Assembly: GCA_963825525.1 (NCBI GenBank)
Contig: CAWGTN010000002.1
Location: 64,001 to 128,000 of the forward strand
Length of the DNA stretch: 64,000 bases
Source: an uncultured Chloroflexia bacterium
Lineage (GTDB): Bacteria; Chloroflexota; Limnocylindria; QHBO01
Direction: 5' to 3'
Made by a program: the position numbers and the translations under genes. Below are positions 22,477 through 32,850 of this stretch, one piece after another; the first letter of the stretch is position 1, and the number at the start of each line of letters is the position of its first letter. The notes beneath the pieces were generated by a model. It saw only the letters and a program-made list of their open reading frames with translations. It did no database searches and had not been told where the DNA came from.

Positions 22477-24138
22477 TCAGCGCAGGGCGCGTTCCACCAC
22501 CTGGCGCAGGACCGGGAGCGCGAGGGCCCCTTCCCCCAGCACCACGTCGTGGAAGCGACGGATGTCGAATCGCTCGCCCTGGCGTTCCTGAGCTTCAGCG
22601 CGAAGGCGCAGGATCTCGAGCTGCCCGAGCTTGTAGGCGAGCGCCTGCCCCGGATAGGCGATGTAGCGGTCGACCTCGTTCGTGACGTTGTTGAGCCCCA
22701 GCGCCGTGTGTGCGGCCATGAAGTCGATCGCCTGCTGACGCGTCCAGCCCAATGCATGGATACCCGTGTCGACCACCAGGCGCGATGCCCGCCACGCGTC
22801 GAACGACAGCACCCCGAACTGGTCCATCTCGCCTGACAGCAGCCCCATCTCCGCCGATAGCCGCTCGGTGTACAGCCCCCAGCCCTCGATGTACGCGGTG
22901 CTGCCGACGAACCGTCGGAACGCCGGCAGGTGGTCGAGCTCCTGCGCGATGGCGATCTGCAGGTGATGGCCGGGCACCGATTCATGGAATGCCAGGGTTT
23001 CCGCCTCGTAGCGCGGCCGCGTCTCGGGTGCGTAGGTGTTGACGTAGTACTGGCCCGGCCGTGAGCCATCCGCCGCCGGATCCCGGTAGTAGGCGATGGT
23101 CGAGTGCTTCTCCTCGTGGGATGGCATGACCACGACCTCGCACGAAGCCTTCGGAAGCCTCCCGAACCACCTGCCGATGGCCTCGTTGGCGCGTGCCAGC
23201 GACGCCCCGGCGGTCTCGGCAATCTCATCGCGCGATGCGAAGTGGAGCGCCGGGTCCTCCCGCAACGCGCCGAGGGTCTCGGCGAGGCCGTGGGTACCGA
23301 GGAGCCGAGCCCCGAGCGCCACGAACTCATCGTCGATCCGCTGGATTTCCTCCAGCCCGATGGCATGCACCTGCGCCGGATCCACGTCGAGCGACGTGTG
23401 CGCACGCGTCAGGAGCCGATACGCCTCATCGCCGCCCGGAACGTGCGAGAGCCCGGGTCGATCGTCGGGCCGTGCCCGCGGCGCGATCTCGTCGGCGACC
23501 ATGTGTCGGTACCGGTCGAAGGCGGGCCGGATCTGCTCGTCGATGACGGCGTGCAGTTCCTCGCGGATCGACGGCCACTCCGTGGCCGGGCTGGCGAGGG
23601 GCCAGTCCTCGGTGGCGCGATCCTGCACCTCGTCGAGTTGCTCGAGCACCCGGGCGCACAGGATCGCCACGCCGATGCGCCCTTCGGCCAGGCCGCGACG
23701 AAGGTCGTCGATGGCCCGGTCGATGTACTCGGGCATCGCGCGCCAACGTTGGAGCAGCGCCGCAGCCTCCGCATCCGATCGCACGGGGTGGAACGAGGGG
23801 ATGTTGAGAAGGTCGACCTGCGGCCCGTCCATCGGGTCGATGTTGAACGAGCGCAGGTCGGCGTCCAGGAAGGCGCGGTCGGTGAGGATGGCCTCGCGCA
23901 ATGCCGAGTTGGTGACGTCGTCGCCATCACGCTCGCTCGACACCCCTTCGAGCCTCTGCTCGAACGCATCGAGCTGTCGGCTCCACGCTTCGTTCGCGGT
24001 CGGCGAGAAGTCATCCAATTGGGCGTCATGCGAACGGTCGCCGAGCGCCGTCGCCTGCACCGGATGGCGTGCAAGCCAGGCAGCCCAGTAGTCGTCAGCG
24101 AGCTGGTCGAGGGTCGAGCCCGGAGCAGTGGCCGTCAT
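22477..24138 (-). CDS. DUF885 family protein
   Basis: AFHESVPGHHLQ, EGWGLYTE, RLVVDTGIH, EVDRY..PGQALAYKLG. Confidence 0.93.
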   Translation of the reverse strand: MTATAPGSTLDQLADDYWAAWLARHPVQATALGDRSHDAQLDDFSPTANEAWSRQLDAFEQRLEGVSSERDGDDVTNSALREAILTDRAFLDADLRSFNIDPMDGPQVDLLNIPSFHPVRSDAEAAALLQRWRAMPEYIDRAIDDLRRGLAEGRIGVAILCARVLEQLDEVQDRATEDWPLASPATEWPSIREELHAVIDEQIRPAFDRYRHMVADEIAPRARPDDRPGLSHVPGGDEAYRLLTRAHTSLDVDPAQVHAIGLEEIQRIDDEFVALGARLLGTHGLAETLGALREDPALHFASRDEIAETAGASLARANEAIGRWFGRLPKASCEVVVMPSHEEKHSTIAYYRDPAADGSRPGQYYVNTYAPETRPRYEAETLAFHESVPGHHLQIAIAQELDHLPAFRRFVGSTAYIEGWGLYTERLSAEMGLLSGEMDQFGVLSFDAWRASRLVVDTGIHALGWTRQQAIDFMAAHTALGLNNVTNEVDRYIAYPGQALAYKLGQLEILRLRAEAQERQGERFDIRRFHDVVLGEGALALPVLRQVVERALR

Positions 24139-24157
24139 CCACGCATCGTAGCGCCCG

Positions 24158-24347
24158 TCAGCGCGGCATCTGGGTCGAGTGCGGCACGGGCCCCTCCCCG
24201 TCGTCCTTGTCGGTCTCAGGGAGCCTCGCCATCCGGGTTCAACGCGTCGCCCGCCTCGCCCAACGTGGCGTCGTCATCGGCGATCGGGTTCTTGAGCTCG
24301 ATGTCGTCCATCTGCTCGATGCTGTCCTTCGTGCGGTCCTCGTCCAT
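24158..24347 (-). CDS. Small acidic protein (43 aa as sequenced, ~62 aa if one extra C is an error); absent from ORF track
   Basis: GGAGG RBS then MDEDRTKDSIEQMDDIELKNPIADDDATLGEAGDALNPDGEAP; the shifted frame continues ETDKDDGEGPVPHSTQMPR*. Confidence 0.55.
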
Positions 24348-24410
24348 GGGATGTACCTCCTCGCGAATTCCCCATGCAAGTGGCGCGCCGAGGGCGCTAC
24401 CCTCGCACCG

Positions 24411-24584
24411 ATGCAGACTCCCGAACCGTCCCGCGTCGCGCTCGTCTCCCGGATCCCACCGCAGCCGGACCCGAATCGGCTGATGCGCACGTGCGCGAAC
24501 TGTGGGTCGGAGATGGAGGAGCGGAAGTGCAAGCTCATCTGCCGCGGCTGTGGATACTTCCTGAGCTGCTCTGATTACTACTGA
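24411..24584 (+). CDS. Small CxxC zinc-finger microprotein, 57 aa
   Basis: RTCANCGSEMEERKCKLICRGCGYFLSCSDYY; TACCCT lies 7 nt before the ATG. Confidence 0.8.
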   Translation: MQTPEPSRVALVSRIPPQPDPNRLMRTCANCGSEMEERKCKLICRGCGYFLSCSDYY

Positions 24585-24596
24585 GTTCCCGCTCGC

Positions 24597-25325
24597 TTAC
24601 TGCACGGACCCGAAGAAGCGCATGGTGGCCATCATGCGGTCGAGCACGCCTCGATTGATGTCGAAGGTGCCACCCATCTTCGTGTCGGTGCGGGCCACGA
24701 GATTTGGGCCCTGCTCCAGCGTCGGTCCCAGCTGCACGACGTACTCGTAGGAGCCGCCGTCGCTGCCGTCGGCCGTGCCGTCGATCTCGAGCCGGACCGC
24801 TGGCTGCGTCCCACCCACGACGATGTTCTCGCTGCTGAGCACTCGGCGCGGGTATTCACGAACGCCGCTGACCACGAAGATCTCGATTGCGATCTCATCG
24901 GGCACGACATTCGGATCCGGCACCTCGTAGAAGGTGGGGCTGAACCAACTGCACGACGGCACCTTGCCGATATCGGTGTTGGTCCACCAGTCCTCAGGAA
25001 AGTCGAGCCGATAGCCGTCGCGTGAGCTCTGGCACTCGTCACGATCCAGGAACAGGGCATCCGCACCGGGGTTCGATGGGATGCCGAATCCGCCGGGTCC
25101 GATCGTGGCACTTGCCGAGGCGCTCGGAACGGTCGACTCAGGAACGCTTGGGGTGACGCTCGGTGAAGGTTGCGACGTGGCCGTCTCTGACGGACTGCTC
25201 GACGGCGTCGGCTCGGGCGTCAGGGCGGGGGACGAACTCGCCGACGGGCTGGGCGTGGACGTGCATGCGCCAAGCAGAAGAATGCACGCAAGCGGCAGCA
25301 GGGCTCGCCGGGCCGATCGATTCAT
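24597..25325 (-). CDS. Lipoprotein with Ser/Pro-rich linker
   Basis: Lipobox LLLGAC, S/P/T linker, GYRLDFPEDW globular domain. Confidence 0.8.
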   Translation of the reverse strand: MNRSARRALLPLACILLLGACTSTPSPSASSSPALTPEPTPSSSPSETATSQPSPSVTPSVPESTVPSASASATIGPGGFGIPSNPGADALFLDRDECQSSRDGYRLDFPEDWWTNTDIGKVPSCSWFSPTFYEVPDPNVVPDEIAIEIFVVSGVREYPRRVLSSENIVVGGTQPAVRLEIDGTADGSDGGSYEYVVQLGPTLEQGPNLVARTDTKMGGTFDINRGVLDRMMATMRFFGSVQ

Positions 25326-25373
25326 ATCCCAAGCCTACAGTGATCCAGGCACCGGAATGGGCCCGGAGCCTGG

Positions 25374-26291
25374 TCAGGGGGTGAACTCCACGGGGTCGGT
25401 CCTGACCGGCCCGTGCCTGGCAAGCTGCGCCAGGAGGACCCCGGCGACCACGAGCGCTCCGCCGACCAGCTGCGATGGCCCCAGCGCCTGACCAAGAAGC
25501 CACCATGCCAGGCCGGCGGCGAGCACGGGCTCCGCGGTCGTGGCGATGCCGGCCACCGCCGACGAGATCCAGCGCAGGGCCGCCACCGTCAGAGCGAAGG
25601 GGATCAGCGTCCCCAGCAGCCCGACGGCGACCACCCGCCAGGCAATGTCCGGATTGGCCAGGAGGTGGAGTGGCCACGTCCAGAGCGGAACGATGACGGT
25701 CCAGATCGCCGCCGCCACCAGGAAGCCGATGAACAGCGTGGTGGCCGGGTGCGTGCCTCGCCGCCCGGCAACCTCCGCCGCCACCAGGTAGCCCGCGAAG
25801 GTCAGCGCCGATGCAACACCGGCCAGGAGACCGCTCTGGTCGAGCGAGCCTGCTGATCCGGCAAGCGCCCCGCTGACGAGGATTGCCCCGAACAGCGTCA
25901 GTCCGCCGGCCGCCCAGACCGAGGCGGCGGGTGTCCTGCGTCCGACGAGCGCCGTCCCGGCCAGGACCAGGACAGGCGCCGTGTATTGCAGTGAGATCGC
26001 CACGCCGACCGGGACGCGGTCGATGGCCACGTAGTACGCGTAGTTGACGGCAACGATGCAGGCGCCGAAGACGATGAGGGGCACCGCCGCGTGGCGTGGG
26101 GGACGCACCAGATCTCGACGCGCGATGGCCAGGTAGAGCGCCAGCGGGACGAGGGCGACAACCACGCGCGCCTCGGCAAGCTGTTCCGGGGTGATGCCCA
26201 GGCGGAAGGCTCCCGCGGCGATGATCGCATTTGCCGCCCAGCATGCTGCGGCCACGACGCACGCCAAGGTCGCCAGCAGCGCGGGGCTCAT
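25374..26291 (-). CDS. EamA/DMT family transporter
   Basis: About 10 TM helices, VAISLQYTAP, TTAEPVLAAGLAW.LLGQ. Confidence 0.9.
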   Translation of the reverse strand: MSPALLATLACVVAAACWAANAIIAAGAFRLGITPEQLAEARVVVALVPLALYLAIARRDLVRPPRHAAVPLIVFGACIVAVNYAYYVAIDRVPVGVAISLQYTAPVLVLAGTALVGRRTPAASVWAAGGLTLFGAILVSGALAGSAGSLDQSGLLAGVASALTFAGYLVAAEVAGRRGTHPATTLFIGFLVAAAIWTVIVPLWTWPLHLLANPDIAWRVVAVGLLGTLIPFALTVAALRWISSAVAGIATTAEPVLAAGLAWWLLGQALGPSQLVGGALVVAGVLLAQLARHGPVRTDPVEFTP

Positions 26292-26324
26292 GGGCCCGAG
26301 CCTACAGGACCTGCGAGGTGCGGA

Positions 26325-27680
26325 TCAGCGCGCGCTCTTGCCCTGGATGAGCGCATCGTCCGCGCGCAGGAACGTGTCGCGCAGTGACTCGCCGAGGACG
26401 GCGCCGGCGGTGCCGATCGAGATGCTGAGGCGAAGGTCGGGATGGCTGCCGCGCCAGGAGTCCGTGGCCGCCGCGATGCGTTCGCTCACGACCGCGAGGC
26501 CATCGCGCTCGGTTTCCGGCAGGATTGCCGCGAACTCGTCGCCGCCGAGGCGGACCACCACGTCGCTCTCGCGCAGCGCATCGCGAAGCACATCGGCGGC
26601 TGCGACGAGGATCTCGTCCCCTCCACCGTGGCCAAATCGATCATTCGTGAGCTTCAGGTGGTCGACGTCGAGCGAGAGAAGCGCAACTGGTCGACCGTGT
26701 CGGGTGAACAGGGCCTCCTCACGGCGCAGTGCCTCCTCCCAGGCGATTCGGTTGCCGAGCCCGGTCAGTGGATCCGTTCGAGCCTCGCGGGCAAACTGGT
26801 CCCGCTCACGAGAGAGCTCCTCTCGTGCCGCTGCCTGCGCCAGGAGGACCTCGGCCGCGTCGGCGATCGATCGCCCGACGCGCTGGCAGAGGAGCGTGAA
26901 TCCGCGGGCCCGATCCGTGGTGTGCCCCACCATGAGCGTGGCCATCGGCGAATCGGTCCCGATCCGCAAGGCGAATCGCGACACCAGGCTGATGCCCAGG
27001 GGATCGGCATCGATCTCCTGTTCGACCAGGGAATCGGTCGCCACTCGCTCGGCCAGTGACTCGAGATCGGGCCGCAGCTGCGGGTTCTGCGAGATGCGCG
27101 CCCACGCCGTGCCGCCGCCGGCGATCACCGAGCGCTCCCCATCACGGAACAGCACGACGCCGACCTCGCATCCGAGTGCGGTGGCTGCGGCCGCACCGAC
27201 ATGCGCGGCCGTGGCCGCGATCGTCTCGGGCCGGTACTCCATGAGCTGGCGCACCGCGTGGACCACCTCGAGCTCATCGGCAAGCAGCTTCGACGATGGG
27301 ATGTCGCCGCACGCAGCCGCGGACTCGGCTGCCGCGCGCAGGAGCTCACCGTCTGATGGGCCGATCGGTTGGCCGGAGCCGAACACCACCAGGTGACCGT
27401 CCCCGAGGGGAATGAGCGCCGCGTTTGACGACCAGTACGGGCCGACGATGCGGCGCGGCTCGCCGCTCTCCACGTGGCGTGCTCGGCCTCGCCGAATCGT
27501 CTCGGCGGCCAGCGGTTCCTCGGCGAGCGGCACGTCCACCACGCCTGCCCAGCCGATGCCGCGTCCCGCTCCACCCAGGAGGGAGAGCTCGAGGTCGCGC
27601 CGGACGAAGACGAGGATGTCGTCGACCCCGAGCGCGGCAGCCATGTCCGCGCAGCCGTGGTTCTCCTCCACGCCGTTCAC
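26325..27680 (-). CDS. Sensor (GAF-like) diguanylate cyclase
   Basis: TDPLTGLGNR, NDRFGH, RESD..VRLGGDEF; GTGA coupling to the upstream EAL gene. Confidence 0.9.
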   Translation of the reverse strand: MNGVEENHGCADMAAALGVDDILVFVRRDLELSLLGGAGRGIGWAGVVDVPLAEEPLAAETIRRGRARHVESGEPRRIVGPYWSSNAALIPLGDGHLVVFGSGQPIGPSDGELLRAAAESAAACGDIPSSKLLADELEVVHAVRQLMEYRPETIAATAAHVGAAAATALGCEVGVVLFRDGERSVIAGGGTAWARISQNPQLRPDLESLAERVATDSLVEQEIDADPLGISLVSRFALRIGTDSPMATLMVGHTTDRARGFTLLCQRVGRSIADAAEVLLAQAAAREELSRERDQFAREARTDPLTGLGNRIAWEEALRREEALFTRHGRPVALLSLDVDHLKLTNDRFGHGGGDEILVAAADVLRDALRESDVVVRLGGDEFAAILPETERDGLAVVSERIAAATDSWRGSHPDLRLSISIGTAGAVLGESLRDTFLRADDALIQGKSAR

Positions 27681-30421
27681 GAGGCAAGAACCTGGGTGAT
27701 CGACGAGTCGGTGGCGACAAGGCGGGTGGCCGCGATCGGGTCCATCGGCCGCGCCAGGAGATAGCCCTGCCCGTAGTTCACGCCCAGCTCGCGCAGCCGA
27801 TGAAGCTGTCCCTCGTCCTCGATTCCCTCGGCCACGGTGAAGAGGCCCATCGCCGCGCCGAGCTGGATGACCGAACGGACGAGTGCCGTCTCGGTCTGAC
27901 CGGGCCGCAGCTGAGCCACGAAGCTCTGGTCGATCTTCAGGATGTCGATCGGGAACCGGGACAGGTAGCTCAGCGAGCTGTAGCCGGTGCCGAAGTCATC
28001 CAGCGCAATGTGGACGCCGAGCGCCTTCAGCTCGCGGAGGCGACCCTCGTCATCCTGCATCAGGCCGGACTCGGTGAGCTCGACGATCAGCCGGTCCGGA
28101 TCGAGCCCCGCGGCGTCGAGTGCGGCGCGGACCGTGGAGGTGATCGAGGCATCCTGGACCTGGCGCGGCGAGATGTTGACGCTGATGTGCAGCGGCCGGA
28201 CGCCCGTCGCGTTCCATGCCTGGGCCTGGCGGCAGGCCTGGTCGAGGACCCATTCGCCGATCGGCACGATGAGGCCCGTCTCCTCGGCCAACGGAATGAA
28301 GTCGTTCGGCATGACCTCGCCGCGGTCCGGGTGGCGCCATCTGAGCAATGCCTCGAAGCCACTGAGCTGCCCGTCCTGCAGGTCGAAGACCGGCTGGTAT
28401 CGCAGTCGAAGCTCGGAGCGCTCGACGGCTCGCTCGAGATCGGCCTTGAGCTCGAGGCGGTTGAGTGCCGCGGTATGCATGCTCGCCTCGAACACCTCGG
28501 TCCGACCCTTGCCGCGCCCCTTGGCCGTGTACATCGCCACATCGGCGTTGCGCAGCAGCTCGTCGGCGGTCTTCGTTTCGGGTCCCGATAGCGCAATCCC
28601 GATGGAGCCCGCAATGTGGACCTGCTTGCCGGCAACCTCGAACGGGCTGCACAGGGCATCCGTCAGCCGCTCGGCCACGATCCCGAACAACGCCGCATCA
28701 TTCGTCTCGAGCAGGATCGCGAACTCGTCGCCGCCCAGGCGACACACGGTGTCCTCGGGACGAAGCGCACCACGGAAGCGCTCGGCGACGGCCTGCAGGA
28801 CGTGGTCTCCGGCCGCGTGCCCCAGCGAGTCGTTGATCGTCTTGAAGTCGTCGAGGTCCAGGAACAGCACGGCCAGCGCCACGGAGCCTCGGCGGGCGAG
28901 GGCGTGCTGCACGCGGTCGATGAACAGCGCGCGGTTGGCGAGACCCGTCAACGGATCGTGGAACGCCTCGTGGACGAGCTGCCGCTCGAGGTCACGACGC
29001 TCGCTGACGTCCCGATAATTGACCACGATTCCGCCCACGGCGGGGTCCTCAGAGAGATTTCGCGCGGTGACCTCGATGTCACGCCACGATCCGTCGGCGT
29101 GCCGCGCCCGGCCCTCGAGGACGCGGACGAGCTCCGGGGATCGCAGGAGCTCGCCGAACGTCGCCTTCGCGGCCGCAATGTCGTCCGGGTGGATGATGTC
29201 GAACATGGACTGTCCGACCCGTTCGCCTGGCCGGTAGCCCAGCACCCGTTGCACGGCCTCGCTCTGGTAGGTGACGGTGCCGTCATCGGCAAGGATGAGC
29301 ATGACATCGGACGAGTTCCGGACGAGAGAACGAAAGCGCTGCTCGCTGAGCGTCAGGTGCGCTACGGCGGTTCGCTCGCGGTCAATGCTGGCCTCCGCCT
29401 CGTCGACCAGCCGGCCGCGCTCCCCGAGCAGGATCGTCTGCCGCGCGATGATCAGCGTGAGCACGATGCCGATCGACGCGTCCACCAGGAGCCCCGCGAG
29501 GTCGCCTCGGTGGGGAGTCAGGATGTGGTTGAGGACCAGGAGGATCGGCGCCAGGGTGGCCGTCGCCACCGGAAGTGCGGACCGAATCCGCGCGTAGCGG
29601 GCGGCTCTCGCTGGGTCGGCATGGATCGCGGGCGTCCACGTCGCGCTTCCATAGGCTGTGATCGTCACGCCGATGGCCGTGACCAGCTCGGCGCCGATGG
29701 CTACCTGCCCGACGCTGTCGGCAAGCAGCACCCAGATCATGCCGGCGGCGACGATGGGCAGCCCCACGGCGACGACCAACCATCCATGGAGTCCGCCGGG
29801 AGGGTTCGCGGCGAGGTAGATGACCACCAGTGAGCCGATGACGCCGGCAAAGACCACGACGTTTGCGGCCAGTGGCACGACGTCCGGCCGGGTGCCGATC
29901 AGTCGGCTGAGCGCCAGGATCGCGATGCCGGCCACGGTGAAGAAGACCGTCGCGGCGTCGATGTAGATGGACCGAGCCTCGCTGCGCGCGAAGCGCCCGT
30001 GGAACGCGGTGCCCCACATGGCGACCGTGACACCCGCAATCGCCGCCAGGCAGGCGAGCTCGATGGCGAACCATGGGACCGGTTCACCCTCCCCGATCCT
30101 TCCCAGGCTGCGCGCGACCTGGAGTGTCAGCCAGAGCACCGTCGCCGAGACCAGGAGACCTCGGTAGCGCCGCACCCGGCCCTCGGCAAGGCCAGCCGAT
30201 CGCACGGCGATCGAGGTCGCGACGAGCGCGGCTCCGATCGCCAGGGCGTATCGACTGAATGGGCCGAGGTCGCCGGAGGAGGCTCCGACGAGGGCCACGA
30301 CGGACAACGCGATGAGGCCGGCAACGAGCACCGGCAGCAGCGCACCGCGGTCACGCTCGCGCTCGCGCTCCTCGGTACGCGCGACAGCCGGCAGCGGCAG
30401 GACGCCTGAAGAGTGGCTCAC
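27677..30421 (-). CDS. Membrane-anchored PAS-GGDEF-EAL protein
   Basis: TM helices, [41 protein letters not shown]. Confidence 0.93.
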   Translation of the reverse strand: MSHSSGVLPLPAVARTEERERERDRGALLPVLVAGLIALSVVALVGASSGDLGPFSRYALAIGAALVATSIAVRSAGLAEGRVRRYRGLLVSATVLWLTLQVARSLGRIGEGEPVPWFAIELACLAAIAGVTVAMWGTAFHGRFARSEARSIYIDAATVFFTVAGIAILALSRLIGTRPDVVPLAANVVVFAGVIGSLVVIYLAANPPGGLHGWLVVAVGLPIVAAGMIWVLLADSVGQVAIGAELVTAIGVTITAYGSATWTPAIHADPARAARYARIRSALPVATATLAPILLVLNHILTPHRGDLAGLLVDASIGIVLTLIIARQTILLGERGRLVDEAEASIDRERTAVAHLTLSEQRFRSLVRNSSDVMLILADDGTVTYQSEAVQRVLGYRPGERVGQSMFDIIHPDDIAAAKATFGELLRSPELVRVLEGRARHADGSWRDIEVTARNLSEDPAVGGIVVNYRDVSERRDLERQLVHEAFHDPLTGLANRALFIDRVQHALARRGSVALAVLFLDLDDFKTINDSLGHAAGDHVLQAVAERFRGALRPEDTVCRLGGDEFAILLETNDAALFGIVAERLTDALCSPFEVAGKQVHIAGSIGIALSGPETKTADELLRNADVAMYTAKGRGKGRTEVFEASMHTAALNRLELKADLERAVERSELRLRYQPVFDLQDGQLSGFEALLRWRHPDRGEVMPNDFIPLAEETGLIVPIGEWVLDQACRQAQAWNATGVRPLHISVNISPRQVQDASITSTVRAALDAAGLDPDRLIVELTESGLMQDDEGRLRELKALGVHIALDDFGTGYSSLSYLSRFPIDILKIDQSFVAQLRPGQTETALVRSVIQLGAAMGLFTVAEGIEDEGQLHRLRELGVNYGQGYLLARPMDPIAATRLVATDSSITQVLAS

Positions 30422-30488
30422 CGGCTGAGCGTAGGTCCCCCTCCCGGGGGAGGGCCATGGCCCTATCGGGCTATGCGCTCAGGCGCGG

Positions 30489-31091
30489 TCACTCCTCGAC
30501 CAGGTCCATCTCGACCAGATGCTCGGCAAGGAACCACACCTGGAGCTCGTGCCGGCGCAGGACGTCGCCCATCAGCAGGTCATTCGAGCCCCAATCCTTG
30601 GATTCCTCGGTCGTCTCGATGTCCTCGCGCACCTTGCCGATGATCGTCTCGTGCGCCTGCAGCAGGCGGGTGATCTGCGCGGGCACGTCCTCCGCCCCGT
30701 CCGGCGCGCGCTCGATCGTGGTCAGTTCGGCCGCGTGTCGGGGATCGCCGACCGCGATGCCGCCGAGCGCCTGGACGCGCTCGGCAAGGAGGTCGATCAG
30801 CTCGAGCTGCTCCTCGGCGTGCTTGTCGAACAGGAGGTGGAGCTGGTAGAAGGTTGGCCCGGCCACGTTCCAGTGCGCCTTCTTGTAGAGGGCATACAGG
30901 ATGGTGGTGTCCGCCAGGACCTCGTTCAGGAGGTCGCTGCTCTCTCGGCGGACCCTCTCGTCGAGGCCGATCGGCAACGCGCGCATCGCCGTGAACTTCT
31001 GAACTTCCTCGCCCAGCGTTGCATACGTCGGGCTGGCGCGATGGCCGTTGCCGTTGCTCGTCGCGCGCTTGGTTCGTGTGGTGGTGCTCAT
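30489..31091 (-). CDS. dps: Dps family DNA starvation/stationary-phase protection protein
   Basis: YKKAHWNVAGPTFYQLHLLFD, DLLAERVQALGG, WFLAEHL. Confidence 0.93.
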   Translation of the reverse strand: MSTTTRTKRATSNGNGHRASPTYATLGEEVQKFTAMRALPIGLDERVRRESSDLLNEVLADTTILYALYKKAHWNVAGPTFYQLHLLFDKHAEEQLELIDLLAERVQALGGIAVGDPRHAAELTTIERAPDGAEDVPAQITRLLQAHETIIGKVREDIETTEESKDWGSNDLLMGDVLRRHELQVWFLAEHLVEMDLVEE

Positions 31092-31189
31092 ATCGGGGTC
31101 TCCAGTGCATCGAAGGAATCGATGGTGGCGCCAGTGCATTCTCCGGGCCACACCAGACCCCCGTCAGTGCAATGGCTAGGATTGGATGC

Positions 31190-31933
31190 ATGGCGAATCC
31201 CAGGGTCGTCGCAATCACCGGCGCCGGCGGTCTCATCGGCGGGTTGCTGACCGAGCACCTGTCCGGCCGATACGAGGTTCGACCCCTCCACCGGGAGGAT
31301 GCTGACATCACCGATCTCGGGGCCGTCGAGCGAGCCTTCCGCGGCGTCGACGCCGTGGTGCATCTCGCCGCGGCGGCCGACGTCGACTCGCGGTGGGACG
31401 AGGTGCTCGCGGCGAATCTCATCGGCGCCTACAACGTGTACGAGGCCGCGCGGCGTGCCGGCGTGGATCGCGTGGTCTTCGCGAGCTCGAACCACGCCGT
31501 CGGCATGTACCAGTGGGACGACGTTGGATTCACTGATCCCGGCAACCCGGCGATCGTGCCCGCCGACGCTCCCGTCCGGCCCGACTCCCTCTACGGGGCG
31601 AGCAAGGTGTGGGGAGAGGCGGTCGGCCGCTTCTACGTCGAGCGCCTCGAGGCATTGAGCGTGGTCTGCCTCCGCATCGGCTGGGTCACCGAGAATGACG
31701 AGCCGCCCACGCCTCTCCATGCGGCCCGCAAGGAAATCCAGCACGTCCGCGAGCGTGGGCCGGCCATGTGGCTCAGCCAGCGCGACTGCATGACGCTCAT
31801 CGAGGCGGCGCTGCTGACCGACGAGCGATTCGCCGTCGTCTACGGCGTGAGCGACAACACCGGCCGCTGGCTCAGCCTGGGGGAAGGGGAGCGGCTCCTC
31901 GGGTGGCAGCCACAGGACGGCTTCCGGCCGTAA
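31190..31933 (+). CDS. NAD-dependent epimerase/dehydratase (uronate dehydrogenase-like)
   Basis: ITGAGGLIG, FASSNHAVG, PDSLYGASK, CLRIG. Confidence 0.88.
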   Translation: MANPRVVAITGAGGLIGGLLTEHLSGRYEVRPLHREDADITDLGAVERAFRGVDAVVHLAAAADVDSRWDEVLAANLIGAYNVYEAARRAGVDRVVFASSNHAVGMYQWDDVGFTDPGNPAIVPADAPVRPDSLYGASKVWGEAVGRFYVERLEALSVVCLRIGWVTENDEPPTPLHAARKEIQHVRERGPAMWLSQRDCMTLIEAALLTDERFAVVYGVSDNTGRWLSLGEGERLLGWQPQDGFRP

Positions 31934-31945
31934 TGGCCCGCGGGA

Positions 31946-32347
31946 TCAGGCCCGGTACTCGCTGATCTCGAACAGGTTGGCGTCCGGATCCCGGAAGAAG
32001 CAGCGCGTCTCGGCCCCGTGGGTCACCGGTGGGGTGAGGAACGTCGCTCCGCGCTGTCGCAGGATTTCGTAGGCGGCCGCGCAGTCGGGCACGCGGATCG
32101 TGAACAGGTGGCTCACCGTGCTCGGGTCGGGGGACGGGGCGAGCGTCACGCCCGGCTTGTCGTCGGTGGGCTCGCCGCCCGACACGAGAAGGAGCCACGA
32201 GCCGCTGAACGACAGCACTGTCGAATCCTCGCCGTACTCTCGATAGAGCGTTGCGCCGAGCACGTCCGTGTACCAGGTCCGGGAACGCTCGACGTCAGAG
32301 ACGACCAGGATGTGGGTGATCGGCATGTCATCGGTGGGGAACGTCAT
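31946..32347 (-). CDS. VOC/glyoxalase family protein
   Basis: THILVVSDVERSRTWY...FFRDPDANLFEI. Confidence 0.9.
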   Translation of the reverse strand: MTFPTDDMPITHILVVSDVERSRTWYTDVLGATLYREYGEDSTVLSFSGSWLLLVSGGEPTDDKPGVTLAPSPDPSTVSHLFTIRVPDCAAAYEILRQRGATFLTPPVTHGAETRCFFRDPDANLFEISEYRA

Positions 32348-32383
32348 CGCCTCTCCCTCGTGGCTTGCGTCGGATCGCGCACC

Positions 32384-32767
32384 TTACGCCGGATCGAGGC
32401 GCAGTGTCGTGTCGAGCGTCTCCGGCTCGAGCATGGATGCGGTGCTCCGCCGGCTCGTTTGACCATACTTGGCGCGAAAAAGGTCGCTCACCAGCTCGAC
32501 CGTGGCGTCGTCGGTCGCGGGATATGCCTCGGCCGGGATGCGCTCGGCGCCGACGGTGATGAACGCCTCCGGTCGCTCTTGAAGGTCCTGGAACCAGCGA
32601 CCGCGGCGACCATTGACCGATCGGACGTAGGCCTCGGCCCCGTCCGTCACGATCCAGATCACCGTCCGGCGCGGCTCGCCCGATGAGCGAATCGTCTCGA
32701 TGACGATCTCGACGGTGGTGTCCATGAGCCTCATGAGCTCGGGATCGAACGTTCGAGAGCTCGACAT
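32384..32767 (-). CDS. DUF2255 / split-barrel family protein
   Basis: RRTVIWIV..YVRSVNG..GRWF, AKYG; TACACT lies 6 nt before the ATG. Confidence 0.75.
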   Translation of the reverse strand: MSSSRTFDPELMRLMDTTVEIVIETIRSSGEPRRTVIWIVTDGAEAYVRSVNGRRGRWFQDLQERPEAFITVGAERIPAEAYPATDDATVELVSDLFRAKYGQTSRRSTASMLEPETLDTTLRLDPA

Positions 32768-32813
32768 CCAGGGAGTGTAGACCGCGCCCGCAGTGCGTCC
32801 ACACGGAACCCTA

Positions 32814-32850
32814 TTGACGAATGGGTATGATTCGGCGAACAATGTGTTCG
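32814..32850 (+). promoter_or_regulatory. Sigma70-type promoter with overlapping palindromic TetR operator
   Basis: TTGACG-N18-AACAAT-N7-ATG; palindrome CGAACA-ATG-TGTTCG at 32836-32850. Confidence 0.65.
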
